DNA from: a virus
Taxonomy: Duplodnaviria > Caudoviricetes
Reading direction: 5' to 3' (one strand)
Virus record (IMG/VR): IMGVR_UViG_3300037400_003843
Location: 9,671 to 73,670 of that record
Length of the DNA stretch: 64,000 nucleotides
Part shown: positions 52,201 to 63,518 of the stretch, in pieces
Layout: each line of letters starts with the position of its first letter
Position numbering within the stretch: position 1 is the first letter of the stretch
Position numbers and translations under genes: made by a program
The notes under the pieces: model-generated
The model's database searches: none
What the model was told of the DNA's origin: nothing
Seen by the model: only the letters and a program-made list of their open reading frames with translations

Positions 52201-55200
52201 TCCAGCACGGACATGAGTCTAACACGGCAAGGCAGTTCGTCATTGTCCGCGATGTCATCGGAGGTGGCTATGAGAGGATGCTCTCAGGACTCGACGCGGT
52301 GGATGCGGAAGGAGACGAGTATTACTTCGCTGGCCGGCTCGCAAGTCAGGGTCCTCGCTGGTTTGTCGGAGACGCTGCAGGAGAATACGCCGAATGGGTA
52401 AACGGCCGCCTGAATATCAAGGGCACGCTCGTCGTGCGAAATTCGGACGGGACCTACCAGGCCATGACTGACTATATGGCCGGCGTTGCTTCTGCTATGG
52501 ATGTTCTTCAGGCTCAGATTGACGGGCAGATTCAGTCCTGGGCGAGCACCCAGGCGCCTTCCGCCCAGACGGAGCCGTTTCCGCAGTATGACCCTGATAC
52601 GGAGCAGCCTGTTGGGGATGCTAACTATCCTGCTAACGGGTGGGCTACTACGGTCGATAAAAACAAGCACGTCGGCGATATCTACACCGATGACACGACT
52701 GGCCAGGCCTGGCGTTATTCCGCAGGATTCTACTGGGTTCGAATAACAGATGAAGAGGCCGCTGCCGCTATGGCTATCGCGCAGCAGGCTGCTGCCGGCG
52801 TGGCAGGCCTGCAGTATCTGAAGGCCGCTACGAATAACGGCGCCACGCTTGTCTCCGGCGGTCTTATCCTGTCCAACCTCATGGCCCTCGGTCAGACCGT
52901 CAGCCAGCAGTTCCAGGTAACGGCCGGTATCAACGGTATCATGAACGCCGGTCGCACCCGTCTTGGCGGTGGGCTTGCCGCCTGGTTTGGTGGGGACATA
53001 TCCGACAAGGACGACCTCGACCAGGGCGTGACGGCCTATGCTAAGAGCGTGTTCCGTTTCGACGGGTCCGGCTATCTCGCTGGAGGTAATATCCATTGGG
53101 ACCAGAACGGATACGGCGGAATACCTGGAATAACCTGGAGCGGGAACAATATCATAATAGGAGGCAATGTCAAGCTCGCGTCGCTTACCGGCGACAGCGT
53201 GACGGACCTTATTAATCTCGTACAGGAACTTAGCGGACTCCTTGAAAAGGTCAACATAGGAACGGAGGCTAATCCTATCTACGCAGTGCATGTCAAGGAC
53301 GGGATGGGATTATATTCCGACGGCTTCATCACCGCCGGTGGCGTGGGCTCCGGCTCCGGAGGAGGTGGTGGCCTGGATGTGGACCGCATGTGGCAGAGCC
53401 TCACCAACAGCCCGGCCGACCCCGGCTACGAGAACACCAAGATTGCCGTGGCGCATATCCCCGACCTTGCCATGTCCCAAATCACCGGCCTCTCCACCGC
53501 GCTTGCTGGCAAGGCCGACGCGAGTGCGCTGACGGGGTATCTGCCGTTGACCGCCGGAAGCGGAAAGGCGTTGACGGGTGTGTTATACACGCATAAGATA
53601 ATTAACCTTGGTTCGGCGGCTGACAACGCGATTGTTACGCGCGGATTGAATGGAGCAACAGAAGCAGGTGTGCTTGGCGATTTGTATATCAATTACGGGC
53701 ATACAGGGAATGTGATTATTAACTATGGGGATGGAACGCCTGGTGGAGTTGTAATCGGCGAGGCGTCGTATTCCGGAACATCCCTTTTGCGTGTGGCTGG
53801 GAATATTACATCCACGGGAACGATATATTCTTCTGCGGTTTCAATTAGCGGAAGCGGTGCGGATATATTCAAAATCAACAGAAGCAGCACTTATTCTTGG
53901 ATAAGATTTGATTGCTATGGTAATTTTGCGGGTTATCTTGGTGTTGGAAGCGATGGAAAGCCATATTTTAGCACTGGGACACTACGGGAATTATTACATA
54001 CGGGCAATTATTCTTCCTATGCTCTTCCGTTGGCCGCGGGTTCATCTTATTCCCTTACCGATAAATTATACATTGATAAAACAAGCGGCGAATCTGGTGT
54101 TGTGTTTAAGGTCGGAGGAACCATTTTAGGTCAGGTGTTCTCAGCAAGTGGAGCCACTACGATTTGCCAAGAAGGAACTGGCTCGCCATCTTTATCTGTA
54201 AAGGGTGGAACTAATAGCCCGGTTTTTCAGTATAATGGAACCAACTATACGGTATATCATTCTGGCATATTCACGCCGTCAGATTATCTTCCGTTGGCTG
54301 GAGGAACAATGACTGGCAGCATAACGATGAATACGAATAGTATTGCGTTTACAACGGGGGCAATATATAGTGACTATATTGGAATTTCTTTTTCTTCTCC
54401 ATATATTCGCCTCACAAAAAATAATATAGACCACTATATTTATCCCAATTCAAGCAACATCAATATCGGCAGCCAGGATGGGACGAAGGGCCTTGCGATT
54501 GATAGTTCTATTGGCGCGGCCAGATTCAGTCATAGACTTGGAGTGGGCGGCAGCAGCAACGAAAGTTATACGCTCAATGTGACGGGTACAGGTCGCTTCA
54601 CATCTACACTCACAACCAATAAGATAATAAATCTTGGTTCGGCAAGTGGAAACGCGATTGTTACGCGCGGATTGAATGGAGCAACAGAGGATGGTGTGCT
54701 TGGCGATTTGTATATTAACAATGGCCATGTCGGGAATGTCTATCTATGCTATGGTGGCGGAGCGGTTGCTATCGGAGCCATGTCAGTTACATCCGGAGTT
54801 AAGTTGGATGTTATCGGCGTTATCCGTTCTTCTTCGGGCATCTTCTCCGACGGCTATGTGACGGCTGGAACGGCAAATGCAAGTTCCGATGCCCGCCTCA
54901 AAGACAATATCCAGAGCATCGACTTCGGCAAGGCAATAGACCTTCTCGGCAAACTCCGTGGCTGTGAATGGACTTGGAACGGCAAGAAGGACTACCTCGC
55001 AGGCAAGCACGGAAGCGGTCTCATAGCGCAGGAGGTGGAGCCCGTAATGCCTTGGGCCGTGCTTGACCTCAATGGCGAATACTCCCTTAACTACAACTCC
55101 TTCTGGGGCGTTGCTATCCCCGTGATGCAGAGCCACGAAGAACGGCTCCGGCAGGCAGAGCGTGAAATCGCCAACATCAAACGGGAGAATGAACAACTGA

Positions 55201-55220
55201 AAGCAAGATTAAACAACTAA
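49278..55220 (+). CDS. Tail tip/hub plus receptor-binding fibre with C-terminal intramolecular chaperone (S74-like)
   Basis: 1980 aa; hub-like N-terminus (GRGGEKNLP); fibre motifs YLPLTAG, ALPLAAG, YLPLAGG; SSDARLKDNI...GLIAQEV...SLNY...coiled coil. Confidence 0.85.
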   Translation: MIPSITEVNFPSYATLHQATVSLQEMGERTITTQVRIDGSVTPSFEGWELRFKGERFVLPTRTPQAAKDNTTKNALVDLTFQSWAIEQLKHYFFVSLSEYETGKFIPDQYNASVILPLESFVQLFNRVLQYYFGTGIRMDLFGAGTGIYSTQPVSVEINKTYIWDVLIKFYELFDVRWYIEYEQATGAYVIKVGYAVDAITDHDFEYGYNGGLLKFERNVQDADVRNILLGRGGEKNLPYRYFKLQEDPQNQEWAADPDAIPELANIYFDRLRDINFRWYVRGWMQNPHRDTSWDATHTFPQYTESQCPAEHLFAFRLGKTDAKFNPVEYVKDDASITKYGERWGAVEDNDEVFPTIQGMTGTGIGRVDECVDVSDIVTDDIEAAVTEAATVRTIAGEITITKDFSANEQKTDVLKSEQFTIPSGSTGNLSAPWLNPIAQDGAGIALVSVNTTLSSVKAVRVDNGTEYDIDTPGGFPAGTYYAKITVVVKNYNTSSGYSNVTYGLQSLDLTVSTPNTEAWKPTFDIWVKNIWETTQGQSETDEQYAARVWEPILGDRVGNEAKLVFSDGFMSVSQDYEFTIASYPVKDRSKSINGVQSEWKITLFKSDAEFKATGLYVPNATTGGKPAAGDHFFFIGIDMPFLYVTKAEELLNGATMTPAANKTAALSDLADVQPTWVISLDKVRVHTLEDGEYGQTLAERLSAGATVRIKDSRFTGGQALTLYVKSITYTWNEPTTGNPYLVPDIEVVLSDTVLSAEGTVTRVANELNVVKTTYAKSADIESTVRAVGNALFLKKTGESDRSSSPTQFASKVTSMSFRQGDIGGKGWGFYDEEPAKVQAVTRATRAAATETEEKGNSVLEIDKLVVRKEMRVNSLVANQIAYVGGRQIVSAAAIECTQVVDDQAGYYCYFNQKQGTVANLFVVGDFAMGQMFDPNNLEVRYYKARVNEIGSNYILLSKTVKDGDGVPAVGDTIVQHGHESNTARQFVIVRDVIGGGYERMLSGLDAVDAEGDEYYFAGRLASQGPRWFVGDAAGEYAEWVNGRLNIKGTLVVRNSDGTYQAMTDYMAGVASAMDVLQAQIDGQIQSWASTQAPSAQTEPFPQYDPDTEQPVGDANYPANGWATTVDKNKHVGDIYTDDTTGQAWRYSAGFYWVRITDEEAAAAMAIAQQAAAGVAGLQYLKAATNNGATLVSGGLILSNLMALGQTVSQQFQVTAGINGIMNAGRTRLGGGLAAWFGGDISDKDDLDQGVTAYAKSVFRFDGSGYLAGGNIHWDQNGYGGIPGITWSGNNIIIGGNVKLASLTGDSVTDLINLVQELSGLLEKVNIGTEANPIYAVHVKDGMGLYSDGFITAGGVGSGSGGGGGLDVDRMWQSLTNSPADPGYENTKIAVAHIPDLAMSQITGLSTALAGKADASALTGYLPLTAGSGKALTGVLYTHKIINLGSAADNAIVTRGLNGATEAGVLGDLYINYGHTGNVIINYGDGTPGGVVIGEASYSGTSLLRVAGNITSTGTIYSSAVSISGSGADIFKINRSSTYSWIRFDCYGNFAGYLGVGSDGKPYFSTGTLRELLHTGNYSSYALPLAAGSSYSLTDKLYIDKTSGESGVVFKVGGTILGQVFSASGATTICQEGTGSPSLSVKGGTNSPVFQYNGTNYTVYHSGIFTPSDYLPLAGGTMTGSITMNTNSIAFTTGAIYSDYIGISFSSPYIRLTKNNIDHYIYPNSSNINIGSQDGTKGLAIDSSIGAARFSHRLGVGGSSNESYTLNVTGTGRFTSTLTTNKIINLGSASGNAIVTRGLNGATEDGVLGDLYINNGHVGNVYLCYGGGAVAIGAMSVTSGVKLDVIGVIRSSSGIFSDGYVTAGTANASSDARLKDNIQSIDFGKAIDLLGKLRGCEWTWNGKKDYLAGKHGSGLIAQEVEPVMPWAVLDLNGEYSLNYNSFWGVAIPVMQSHEERLRQAEREIANIKRENEQLKARLNN
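53592..54755 (+). repeat. Intragenic direct repeat of 138 bp in the tail fibre (53592-53729 and 54618-54755)
   Basis: Shared exact core AACGCGATTGTTACGCGCGGATTGAATGGAGCAACAGA; peptide KIINLGS...NAIVTRGLNGATE.GVLGDLYIN occurs twice. Confidence 0.9.
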
Positions 55221-55232
55221 TACATTACAACT

Positions 55233-55529
55233 ATGGTTATTAAGAATTTACAACCCACAGGCTTCAATAGCCCCATCGGCTACGAAGGCGAGAACTACAA
55301 TGTAGATGGAAACATCACCGTTGACGGGAAGAAGGTGCTCATGAACATCTCCGGCTCGGTGAAGGCTGGCGAGGTTTTCAAGGCCAACTTCAACGCCTAC
55401 CAGATGGGCGAAGGGCAGATGCGCTACAACTTCACGGAGATACAGTCCATTTCCGAGCTTGCAGCCATCGCTACGGATGTGGAAGCAGCCGTCGCAGCCG
55501 TGAACGCAGAGCTGGCTCCCCAGCAGTAA
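55233..55529 (+). CDS. Small tail-associated protein
   Basis: 98 aa directly after the fibre gene. Confidence 0.65.
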   Translation: MVIKNLQPTGFNSPIGYEGENYNVDGNITVDGKKVLMNISGSVKAGEVFKANFNAYQMGEGQMRYNFTEIQSISELAAIATDVEAAVAAVNAELAPQQ

Positions 55530-55559
55530 CCGGGCTTTCGGCCCACAAACGGATAGATT

Positions 55560-56843
55560 ATGCCAGTAAGCAGCGGAAAGTTCAGTGCGCCCATAGACCT
55601 TGGACGAGACATAGCCGGGTTCTTCGGGATTGATTCCGGAGACCTTGGCTATCTCATCACAAACGCGCCGATAAACAAGTGGGCGCTCTATAAGCCCATC
55701 CGGTACAACAAAGTCGGTTTCCTGACGAGAGACGAGTTTATCGGTATGCAGACGGACGTGAACCAGGGTGTCTACTTTGGTTTACAGCTTGTCTCGTCCG
55801 GGCAGATAAGCGAGGAAACGCTCACTTGGCCGTTGCTTCACGGGGCTATCTGGACGTACCTTAAACCGAGGGGAAAAGACACCAACTCCGAATGGTTCCG
55901 CGCTACGGACTTCTGCGATATGCAGACCGCTGGCCGTGGCTATAACCATAACGCCGTACCGAATCCCAGCGGGCAGTTCAATAACGTAGGTGCGGGCAAC
56001 CTTATTACCGGGTACTACAACATAGACCGGGGCATCACGAGCATCAACGCCTATTACCTTACGACCAATAACGACGGGGTGGACTTGTCTATGATACTGA
56101 AAACCCCGTCAACGACCATCGACTACACCCTTGCCCGTACCTTCCCGTGCGCCATCGTGACGGATTCGAACAATAATTCGTACTTCACGGCCCTGTTCTA
56201 TGAGGATGACGATACTCCGCGTCCGATGTACTACAACGGTGCGTACCTTGGCGGAACGTGGTATCTCCGTTTCAATAAGCCAGCGTTCACGCAGTCGCCT
56301 CAGCCGGGCACCCCGCCGTGGAACAGTTCGCAGAACAATATGAAGATAACGCTCTTTATGCTTTACTGCGACTATATCAGTAACGGCATACCGTACCTCG
56401 ATGCCATGCACACGCAGAGCTTAAAGGATTATTGGTACGACTGCACGCTTGATATACTCGGCCAGAAGGAGCCAATTCCCTTTCCGAACGGCACGAACTT
56501 CAACCTCCAGCTCCGTCCTTACAGCGCTACCGGAACGACGGCAACCGCTACTGGCGTGAGAGGTTCCACAAACGGCTTTACTATCCGCTACAAGTTCGAC
56601 AACGCCTACGAAGGTTCATTCACCGTCAGGACGGATGTCGGCCTCGGTCAAGGTGCTTACGGCACGGATAGCCTTCTACGCGCAAACCCGGAATTCACCT
56701 ATAACTCGCGTGCCTTTACGTTCGATGAACTTGGAATCGTGCCAGTCTCCGGACAGGTGCTACAAATCCCCGTAACGATGACTACCACCATCGGCTCCGC
56801 AAGCACGGTTACGACTGCTACTTTGACATATACAATCCCGTAA
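55560..56843 (+). CDS. Beta-rich putative adhesin/fibre protein (INKWAxYKP type)
   Basis: DLGYLITNAPINKWALYKPIR N-terminus; Thr/Tyr/Asn-rich Ig-like C-terminus. Confidence 0.6.
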   Translation: MPVSSGKFSAPIDLGRDIAGFFGIDSGDLGYLITNAPINKWALYKPIRYNKVGFLTRDEFIGMQTDVNQGVYFGLQLVSSGQISEETLTWPLLHGAIWTYLKPRGKDTNSEWFRATDFCDMQTAGRGYNHNAVPNPSGQFNNVGAGNLITGYYNIDRGITSINAYYLTTNNDGVDLSMILKTPSTTIDYTLARTFPCAIVTDSNNNSYFTALFYEDDDTPRPMYYNGAYLGGTWYLRFNKPAFTQSPQPGTPPWNSSQNNMKITLFMLYCDYISNGIPYLDAMHTQSLKDYWYDCTLDILGQKEPIPFPNGTNFNLQLRPYSATGTTATATGVRGSTNGFTIRYKFDNAYEGSFTVRTDVGLGQGAYGTDSLLRANPEFTYNSRAFTFDELGIVPVSGQVLQIPVTMTTTIGSASTVTTATLTYTIP

Positions 56844-56855
56844 AAATCTACTATC

Positions 56856-57053
56856 ATGAATGAATCAAACAAAGAGAGCTTGATTAAGTTCGCCAAAGTC
56901 CTTGCCCTGTTTATCGTGGGCCTTATCGGCATCATCGTGTCCGCCAACTCCATGAATACGGGCGGCTTCTACCTCGTCCTCGGCATCCTCAATCTTGGCA
57001 TCGTAGGATGGGCCGACTATTCACTTTACAAACTCCTTTTCAAGAACGAGTAA
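56856..57053 (+). CDS. Small two-helix membrane protein, copy 1
   Basis: 65 aa, two hydrophobic helices. Confidence 0.65.
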   Translation: MNESNKESLIKFAKVLALFIVGLIGIIVSANSMNTGGFYLVLGILNLGIVGWADYSLYKLLFKNE

Positions 57054-57056
57054 CCC

Positions 57057-57761
57057 ATGAAGAAGCGTGAAATCAAGTCCGTCATCGAAGGGCTTAAAGC
57101 CGTAAAGATTGCCAAGCTGGAGGACAAGGCCATGCGCACCTCCGTGTTCAAGACCTTCATGCGGCTACTGGGCCTCCAGAAGCAGTACGAATCCGACTTC
57201 GAGGATATGCGCACCGTGTTCCTATCCGCCCATAAGGGAGAGCAGGAGAAGGTGGCAGACCTCCAGCAGAAGCTCAACATGGAATCCGACCGGGCCAAGC
57301 AGGTGGAACTGGCGAAGGAAATCAACTCCCATGCCGACTACCTTGCCGCCGGGTGGGACACCCCCTACAAGGAGATTACCTTCCGCCTCACCTCCCAGAG
57401 CATGTCCGTCTATGCCTACGGCGTTTGGAACTCCGCACATACGCAGATACAGTTCTTTGTGGAAGCCTTCAACGAGGACAGTATCGCAAAGACTATTTCC
57501 GTGCAGATTATCCTCCGCCGTAACCAGAACGGGGCGGTAGAGCCCACGTCTGAAACCACGCTTGCGACCTATCCGACTACGCTCCAGCTTACCGTTCCCG
57601 CCGGTGGTTCCGTCCGCTATCCCGCCGGGGATGCGCTACTCTCCTGGACGCCCGGAGTGGCTTACAGCGATAACTACTTCTATTGGCTCGGCTCCGTCGT
57701 TTCCGGTTATACTACGCATTTCGTACAAATCGAAGAAGACCCCGGAGTAATGCCCGAATAA
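57057..57761 (+). CDS. Apparent fusion of a helical chaperone-like N-terminus and a beta-rich C-terminus
   Basis: Abrupt change in composition at ...HADYL/AAGWDTPY... Confidence 0.6.
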   Translation: MKKREIKSVIEGLKAVKIAKLEDKAMRTSVFKTFMRLLGLQKQYESDFEDMRTVFLSAHKGEQEKVADLQQKLNMESDRAKQVELAKEINSHADYLAAGWDTPYKEITFRLTSQSMSVYAYGVWNSAHTQIQFFVEAFNEDSIAKTISVQIILRRNQNGAVEPTSETTLATYPTTLQLTVPAGGSVRYPAGDALLSWTPGVAYSDNYFYWLGSVVSGYTTHFVQIEEDPGVMPE

Positions 57762-57782
57762 CAACCATCAAAACAAAATATC

Positions 57783-57992
57783 ATGGACAACAAAGAAAGA
57801 TTCTATGCCTGGCTGAAAGCAGCCATCATCATTATCTGGGCGTCTATTGCGCTCGGAACCACTTTCGCGGTGTGGAACGCAGGCGCCGGAGAAGCCCCTA
57901 CCGCCTTCGTCAAGGCTGTGGCGGGATTCAATATCCTGTTCAATGCCTTCGGCATCATCCTGGCCGTGAAGAAACACAAACCACTCGACTAA
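57783..57992 (+). CDS. Small two-helix membrane protein, copy 2
   Basis: 69 aa, same layout as 56856-57053. Confidence 0.65.
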   Translation: MDNKERFYAWLKAAIIIIWASIALGTTFAVWNAGAGEAPTAFVKAVAGFNILFNAFGIILAVKKHKPLD

Positions 57993-58005
57993 TTCACTTT
58001 TTATC

Positions 58006-58464
58006 ATGAAAAACATCGAAATTTTCAATCTTGCCGGTTCCGGCATTTTCTCTGTATCTGCTAACACGCTTGATGCTGCTCACGCCTATAAGGTCATCAA
58101 GTTCAAGAGCGCCGTCCGCAAGGCCGCCCAGGCTATCGAGGATGCTCAGAAGGAGCTGACCAAAGAGGCTGGCATCGACGACCCTCAGGCTTTCGATAAG
58201 GAGTACCAGGACCTGCTGAAATCGAAGGCGAACCCCGAGCGCCTGAAAGAGCTCGACGGCAAGTTCAAGCGCCTCATGGAGCTTCGTAGCAACCTTTACA
58301 ACGAGGAAGCTACTCTCGATGGCGTCAAGACCATCCCTTACGAGCAGTTCTTCGCGCTCCAGAAGGAGAACAAGGACATCAAGGAAAAGCCGCTGGAGAA
58401 CTTCGCAGACCTGCTGGAAGGAATCCTCTGGACCGGCGAGCCCGAAGAATCTAAAGCCGAGTAG
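58006..58464 (+). CDS. Helical protein, putative fibre assembly chaperone
   Basis: 152 aa coiled coil, strong codon bias. Confidence 0.6.
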   Translation: MKNIEIFNLAGSGIFSVSANTLDAAHAYKVIKFKSAVRKAAQAIEDAQKELTKEAGIDDPQAFDKEYQDLLKSKANPERLKELDGKFKRLMELRSNLYNEEATLDGVKTIPYEQFFALQKENKDIKEKPLENFADLLEGILWTGEPEESKAE

Positions 58465-58466
58465 CC

Positions 58467-58934
58467 ATGACACGCGAACAGATACTCAAGGAGATTAGGC
58501 CCTACTTTGACATAGACGAACTGGTCTGTGACCATGTCTATGCCAAGTGGGGCGAGCGCTCCTGGCGCTTTCTGGACACCATGTGGCTCTGGTGCCTTCT
58601 CGTCATCCGTCGGGATATTGTCAAGGCGCCGATGTACTGCAACTCAAGGACAGCCCACCAGCGAGGATTCCGCTGCAATCAGTGCCAGCTCGTTAAGACC
58701 GCAAAGGGCGTCTATGTAACGCCGCACGGTCTCGGGAAAGCTGGCGACTTCACTTCATCCGTGCCTACGATGACGGCAGCAAAGATGCGGCAGCTTATCA
58801 AGGACAACGCCGACCTGCTTCCCTGTAAGGTCCGGCTGGAGAAGTGGGATGCAAGCGGAAAAGAAATCAACTGGCTTCACTTCGATACCATCGATGAGCC
58901 GCAAAACCCGAAGGTATATGAATTCAAGGCGTAA
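58467..58934 (+). CDS. Peptidase M15-like endolysin
   Basis: HQRGFRCN ... TPHGLGKAGDF ... WLHFD (Zn ligands H, D, H). Confidence 0.8.
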   Translation: MTREQILKEIRPYFDIDELVCDHVYAKWGERSWRFLDTMWLWCLLVIRRDIVKAPMYCNSRTAHQRGFRCNQCQLVKTAKGVYVTPHGLGKAGDFTSSVPTMTAAKMRQLIKDNADLLPCKVRLEKWDASGKEINWLHFDTIDEPQNPKVYEFKA

Positions 58935-59496
58935 GAATGATGTCAACCAGGACAACAGTTGGATTGGATGCACCGCCATAGCAGTCGTGCTTTTTGTCGT
59001 TGCGGTCCTCGGTGTTCTTACGATGCTTGCCGGGTGCTCTCCGAAGATTTCGCCGGGAAGTGAGTTTGTCAAGGAGGTCCACGATACCACTACGCTAATC
59101 CAGACCGAGCGCTACGACTCGCTCATCTTTGTCCCTATTCCTCTCGAAAAAAACCAGGTAATCGTGAGTGTTGGAGACACCTCCCGTCTGGAGACCTCCG
59201 TTGCGTGGAGCATGGCCTTTGTTGATAGGAACGGCCGCCTTCATCACGCCTTGGAAAACCGAAGCGACAAAACACTTTCGGCCGTCGTTTCTATTCCTTC
59301 AAAGACCATCTGGACCAACGTAAACAACTCGAAGTTTGAGCAGCTTCGGCCGCCGACCGTCTATATTGAGAAGGAGCTATCCTGGTGGCAAAAGTTCCGT
59401 ATAGACGCTTTCTGGTGGCTTGTCTGCGGTCTGGCGATTTGTTTTCTTTGGATATTTCGAAAGCCGATGCTAAAGCTGTTTGGCGTTTTAATCTAA
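58918..59496 (+). CDS. Putative unimolecular spanin (lipoprotein with C-terminal TM helix)
   Basis: Signal helix and lipobox LAGC; C-terminal FWWLVCGLAICFLWIF; directly after the endolysin. Confidence 0.65.
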   Translation: MNSRRKNDVNQDNSWIGCTAIAVVLFVVAVLGVLTMLAGCSPKISPGSEFVKEVHDTTTLIQTERYDSLIFVPIPLEKNQVIVSVGDTSRLETSVAWSMAFVDRNGRLHHALENRSDKTLSAVVSIPSKTIWTNVNNSKFEQLRPPTVYIEKELSWWQKFRIDAFWWLVCGLAICFLWIFRKPMLKLFGVLI

Positions 59497-59515
59497 AAAT
59501 TTTAACTTTGTAGCC

Positions 59516-61330
<1,815 letters not shown>

Positions 61331-61341
61331 TATAAACATAT

Positions 61342-61872
61342 ATGAAAACATATTATAATTCAACAACAGAAGAATGGTACTATGAAGGCCATTCGATAAC
61401 AAGACCAGTAGAAGGAGGATTCTTCTCTGGCTATCCTACTGAGGAGCAACTTCTTGAGTGGGGATTTGAGGAGTATATCGCTCCTGCTCCTACTCCTGAG
61501 GAGTTACTTGAGCAGACAAGAAAACAGAAACTCTATGAATTGCAAGATTATGACTCAAGCCCTGCCGTAAATAGCTTTAATCTTTTCGGAGAAGATATGT
61601 GGATTGCTCCTGATGAGCGTTCCAACTATATGCTTACCCTCGAAGGAGCAAAGAGACTCGGTATTTCGGAGATTACTTTCCTTGGCCACAATGTGCCATT
61701 AGATGATGCACTCAATATGCTTGATGCAATCAATGTATATGCTATGCAGTGCGTTGGTGTTACTGATGCTCACAGGAAAGCTATCAATGAATTAACCACG
61801 ATTGAAGATGTTGAAGCCTATGACTTCACTGTCGGATATCCTGAAAAACTCGTATTTGGCAATGAAGAATAA
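61342..61872 (+). CDS. DUF4376-like fibre assembly protein
   Basis: KLYELQDYDSSPAVNSF ... MWIAPDER ... YAMQCVGVT ... VEAYDFTVGYPEKL. Confidence 0.75.
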   Translation: MKTYYNSTTEEWYYEGHSITRPVEGGFFSGYPTEEQLLEWGFEEYIAPAPTPEELLEQTRKQKLYELQDYDSSPAVNSFNLFGEDMWIAPDERSNYMLTLEGAKRLGISEITFLGHNVPLDDALNMLDAINVYAMQCVGVTDAHRKAINELTTIEDVEAYDFTVGYPEKLVFGNEE

Positions 61873-61938
61873 TCTTACCAACCACCCTCATTGTATAAGT
61901 AACTATCAGCACTCCCTTCTGGAGAAAAAGGAGGGAGT

Positions 61939-62742
61939 ATGTTAGGAGATAGAAGAAGAATGATGGTAATTAAAAATGAAAATACTAAATTACCTTCTTT
62001 TGCAGGACTTAATATTGCGCCCGCTCCATTATATTATGACGGAAATTCTTTAATCATTAAAGATGAAGATTGGAAATGTCACTCCTATAATTCTATTTTT
62101 GGTCTTAATGAAGGTAGCTATTATTTTAATTTCTTGGAATTAGGAAAGTTTTTTGACTCAAGAGGGTCGGATTTTGTAGTGACCAGCGGCGACATTAATA
62201 ATAAAATGTATAATGGTTTCAATGTGTCATACTTGGGTTATAATGACTGGAAACTAATCACCCAAACACAACTTGTTAGTATTACTGTTGGATATCAGCA
62301 TGTTACTCCAAGAACGGGCTCAATTATAAACGGTGTATCTAATTGTAGGTATGCTATAGTAAAAGTACAAGATGTTCCATATATAATTGAATCAGGAATA
62401 ATTGGGCTTTTACTTGCCCCAGATGATGAAATTCTTGCTGGTTTATCTAAAACACTTACTTGGAACACATCTAATCCAGGAGATACTAATAATATTGCTG
62501 ATGCTGAATTACAAGAATATATTGATTACGGGTGTGCATTTTTTCCAGCGGGAGGGGCTTATATTAGTAATAAATGGGTATATGGTGGTACTATTGGAAT
62601 ATACAGCTCAGCGTCGCATTATCAGTATGGTGGCACATCTTATTGTTGGAATTTGTCCTTTCAAAACAAATCAGTAAACCCAAGAGATCAGTTGTCTAAA
62701 AATAGTGGATACGGAATGGTGCGACTTGTAAGAACCGCATAA
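61939..62742 (+). CDS. AT-rich putative receptor-binding protein with a C-type-lectin-like C-terminus
   Basis: FFPAGG ... GIYSSAS ... GYGMVRLVR ending resembles FISUMP/DGR-target folds. Confidence 0.65.
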   Translation: MLGDRRRMMVIKNENTKLPSFAGLNIAPAPLYYDGNSLIIKDEDWKCHSYNSIFGLNEGSYYFNFLELGKFFDSRGSDFVVTSGDINNKMYNGFNVSYLGYNDWKLITQTQLVSITVGYQHVTPRTGSIINGVSNCRYAIVKVQDVPYIIESGIIGLLLAPDDEILAGLSKTLTWNTSNPGDTNNIADAELQEYIDYGCAFFPAGGAYISNKWVYGGTIGIYSSASHYQYGGTSYCWNLSFQNKSVNPRDQLSKNSGYGMVRLVRTA

Positions 62743-62941
62743 ACTATATAACATCAAGACTGATTACCCTGAGAAAATGTATCTGAAATCTCAAGGTGGA
62801 TTATGCATTTTAACCCCTAACTGACTGAAATTATGTATTCCTTTGTAATTCTTTGCATGCTCGCTGGCAACTCGTACTTCATCAAGCCGAAGGAGATCGA
62901 GATGCCGAAGGTATACTGGGAAAAGACAAAATAGGTCCTGA

Positions 62942-63133
62942 ATGTCCAAGGCGAAGGTAAAAGTCACGGTCAAACCGGCAAAGAAAGGCTCTGGCACACT
63001 TCTTGCAAGTGTGCCGGTAGCCGTCGTCAAGAACGATAACCCGAGCGGGAAGAGGATGTATGAGACGAAGGCGAAGGCATTGATTGACATCAGGACAACC
63101 AGAAATGGTAAACCAAGAATACGACATAGGTAA
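62942..63133 (+). CDS. Small basic protein
   Basis: 63 aa, Lys-rich. Confidence 0.5.
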   Translation: MSKAKVKVTVKPAKKGSGTLLASVPVAVVKNDNPSGKRMYETKAKALIDIRTTRNGKPRIRHR

Positions 63134-63518
63134 AATTAAAAGGCTAATTATCGTATTGAAGCGTATCACGCTTTCGGTACAAATTTCCCCGTTTGTATTC
63201 ACGGCTTTATATATTATAGACTTTGCGGCATATTCTTTTCTAACTGAATCAGCACAAACGATCTGCGACACGCTGTTTTATACTTCTCCTCTTGTTGTCG
63301 CCGCTCATCTTATCTACTCCAGGATTCTTCATTTATGCCACTGGCATCGTATGGCTTGTGTTCTTCCGTTATTTCCGCAGATTGTCTCTTTTATAGACTA
63401 CTACATAATAGAGCTATCCGAAATTGAATCTCTCGTTACGGATTCACTCACATTAGTGATGACGATTTTGCTATTAATCTCTGCTTATAAAGTTTTCTTC
63501 TCAAATGGACGCAAATAA
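63105..63518 (+). CDS. Multi-pass membrane protein
   Basis: Four hydrophobic segments. Confidence 0.65.
   Translation: MVNQEYDIGKIKRLIIVLKRITLSVQISPFVFTALYIIDFAAYSFLTESAQTICDTLFYTSPLVVAAHLIYSRILHLCHWHRMACVLPLFPQIVSFIDYYIIELSEIESLVTDSLTLVMTILLLISAYKVFFSNGRK

Noticed and set aside
53592-54755. DGR template/variable repeat pair
   Set aside because: Mismatches include C/T and G/C changes rather than adenine-specific ones; both copies are in frame inside one gene; no RT is visible.
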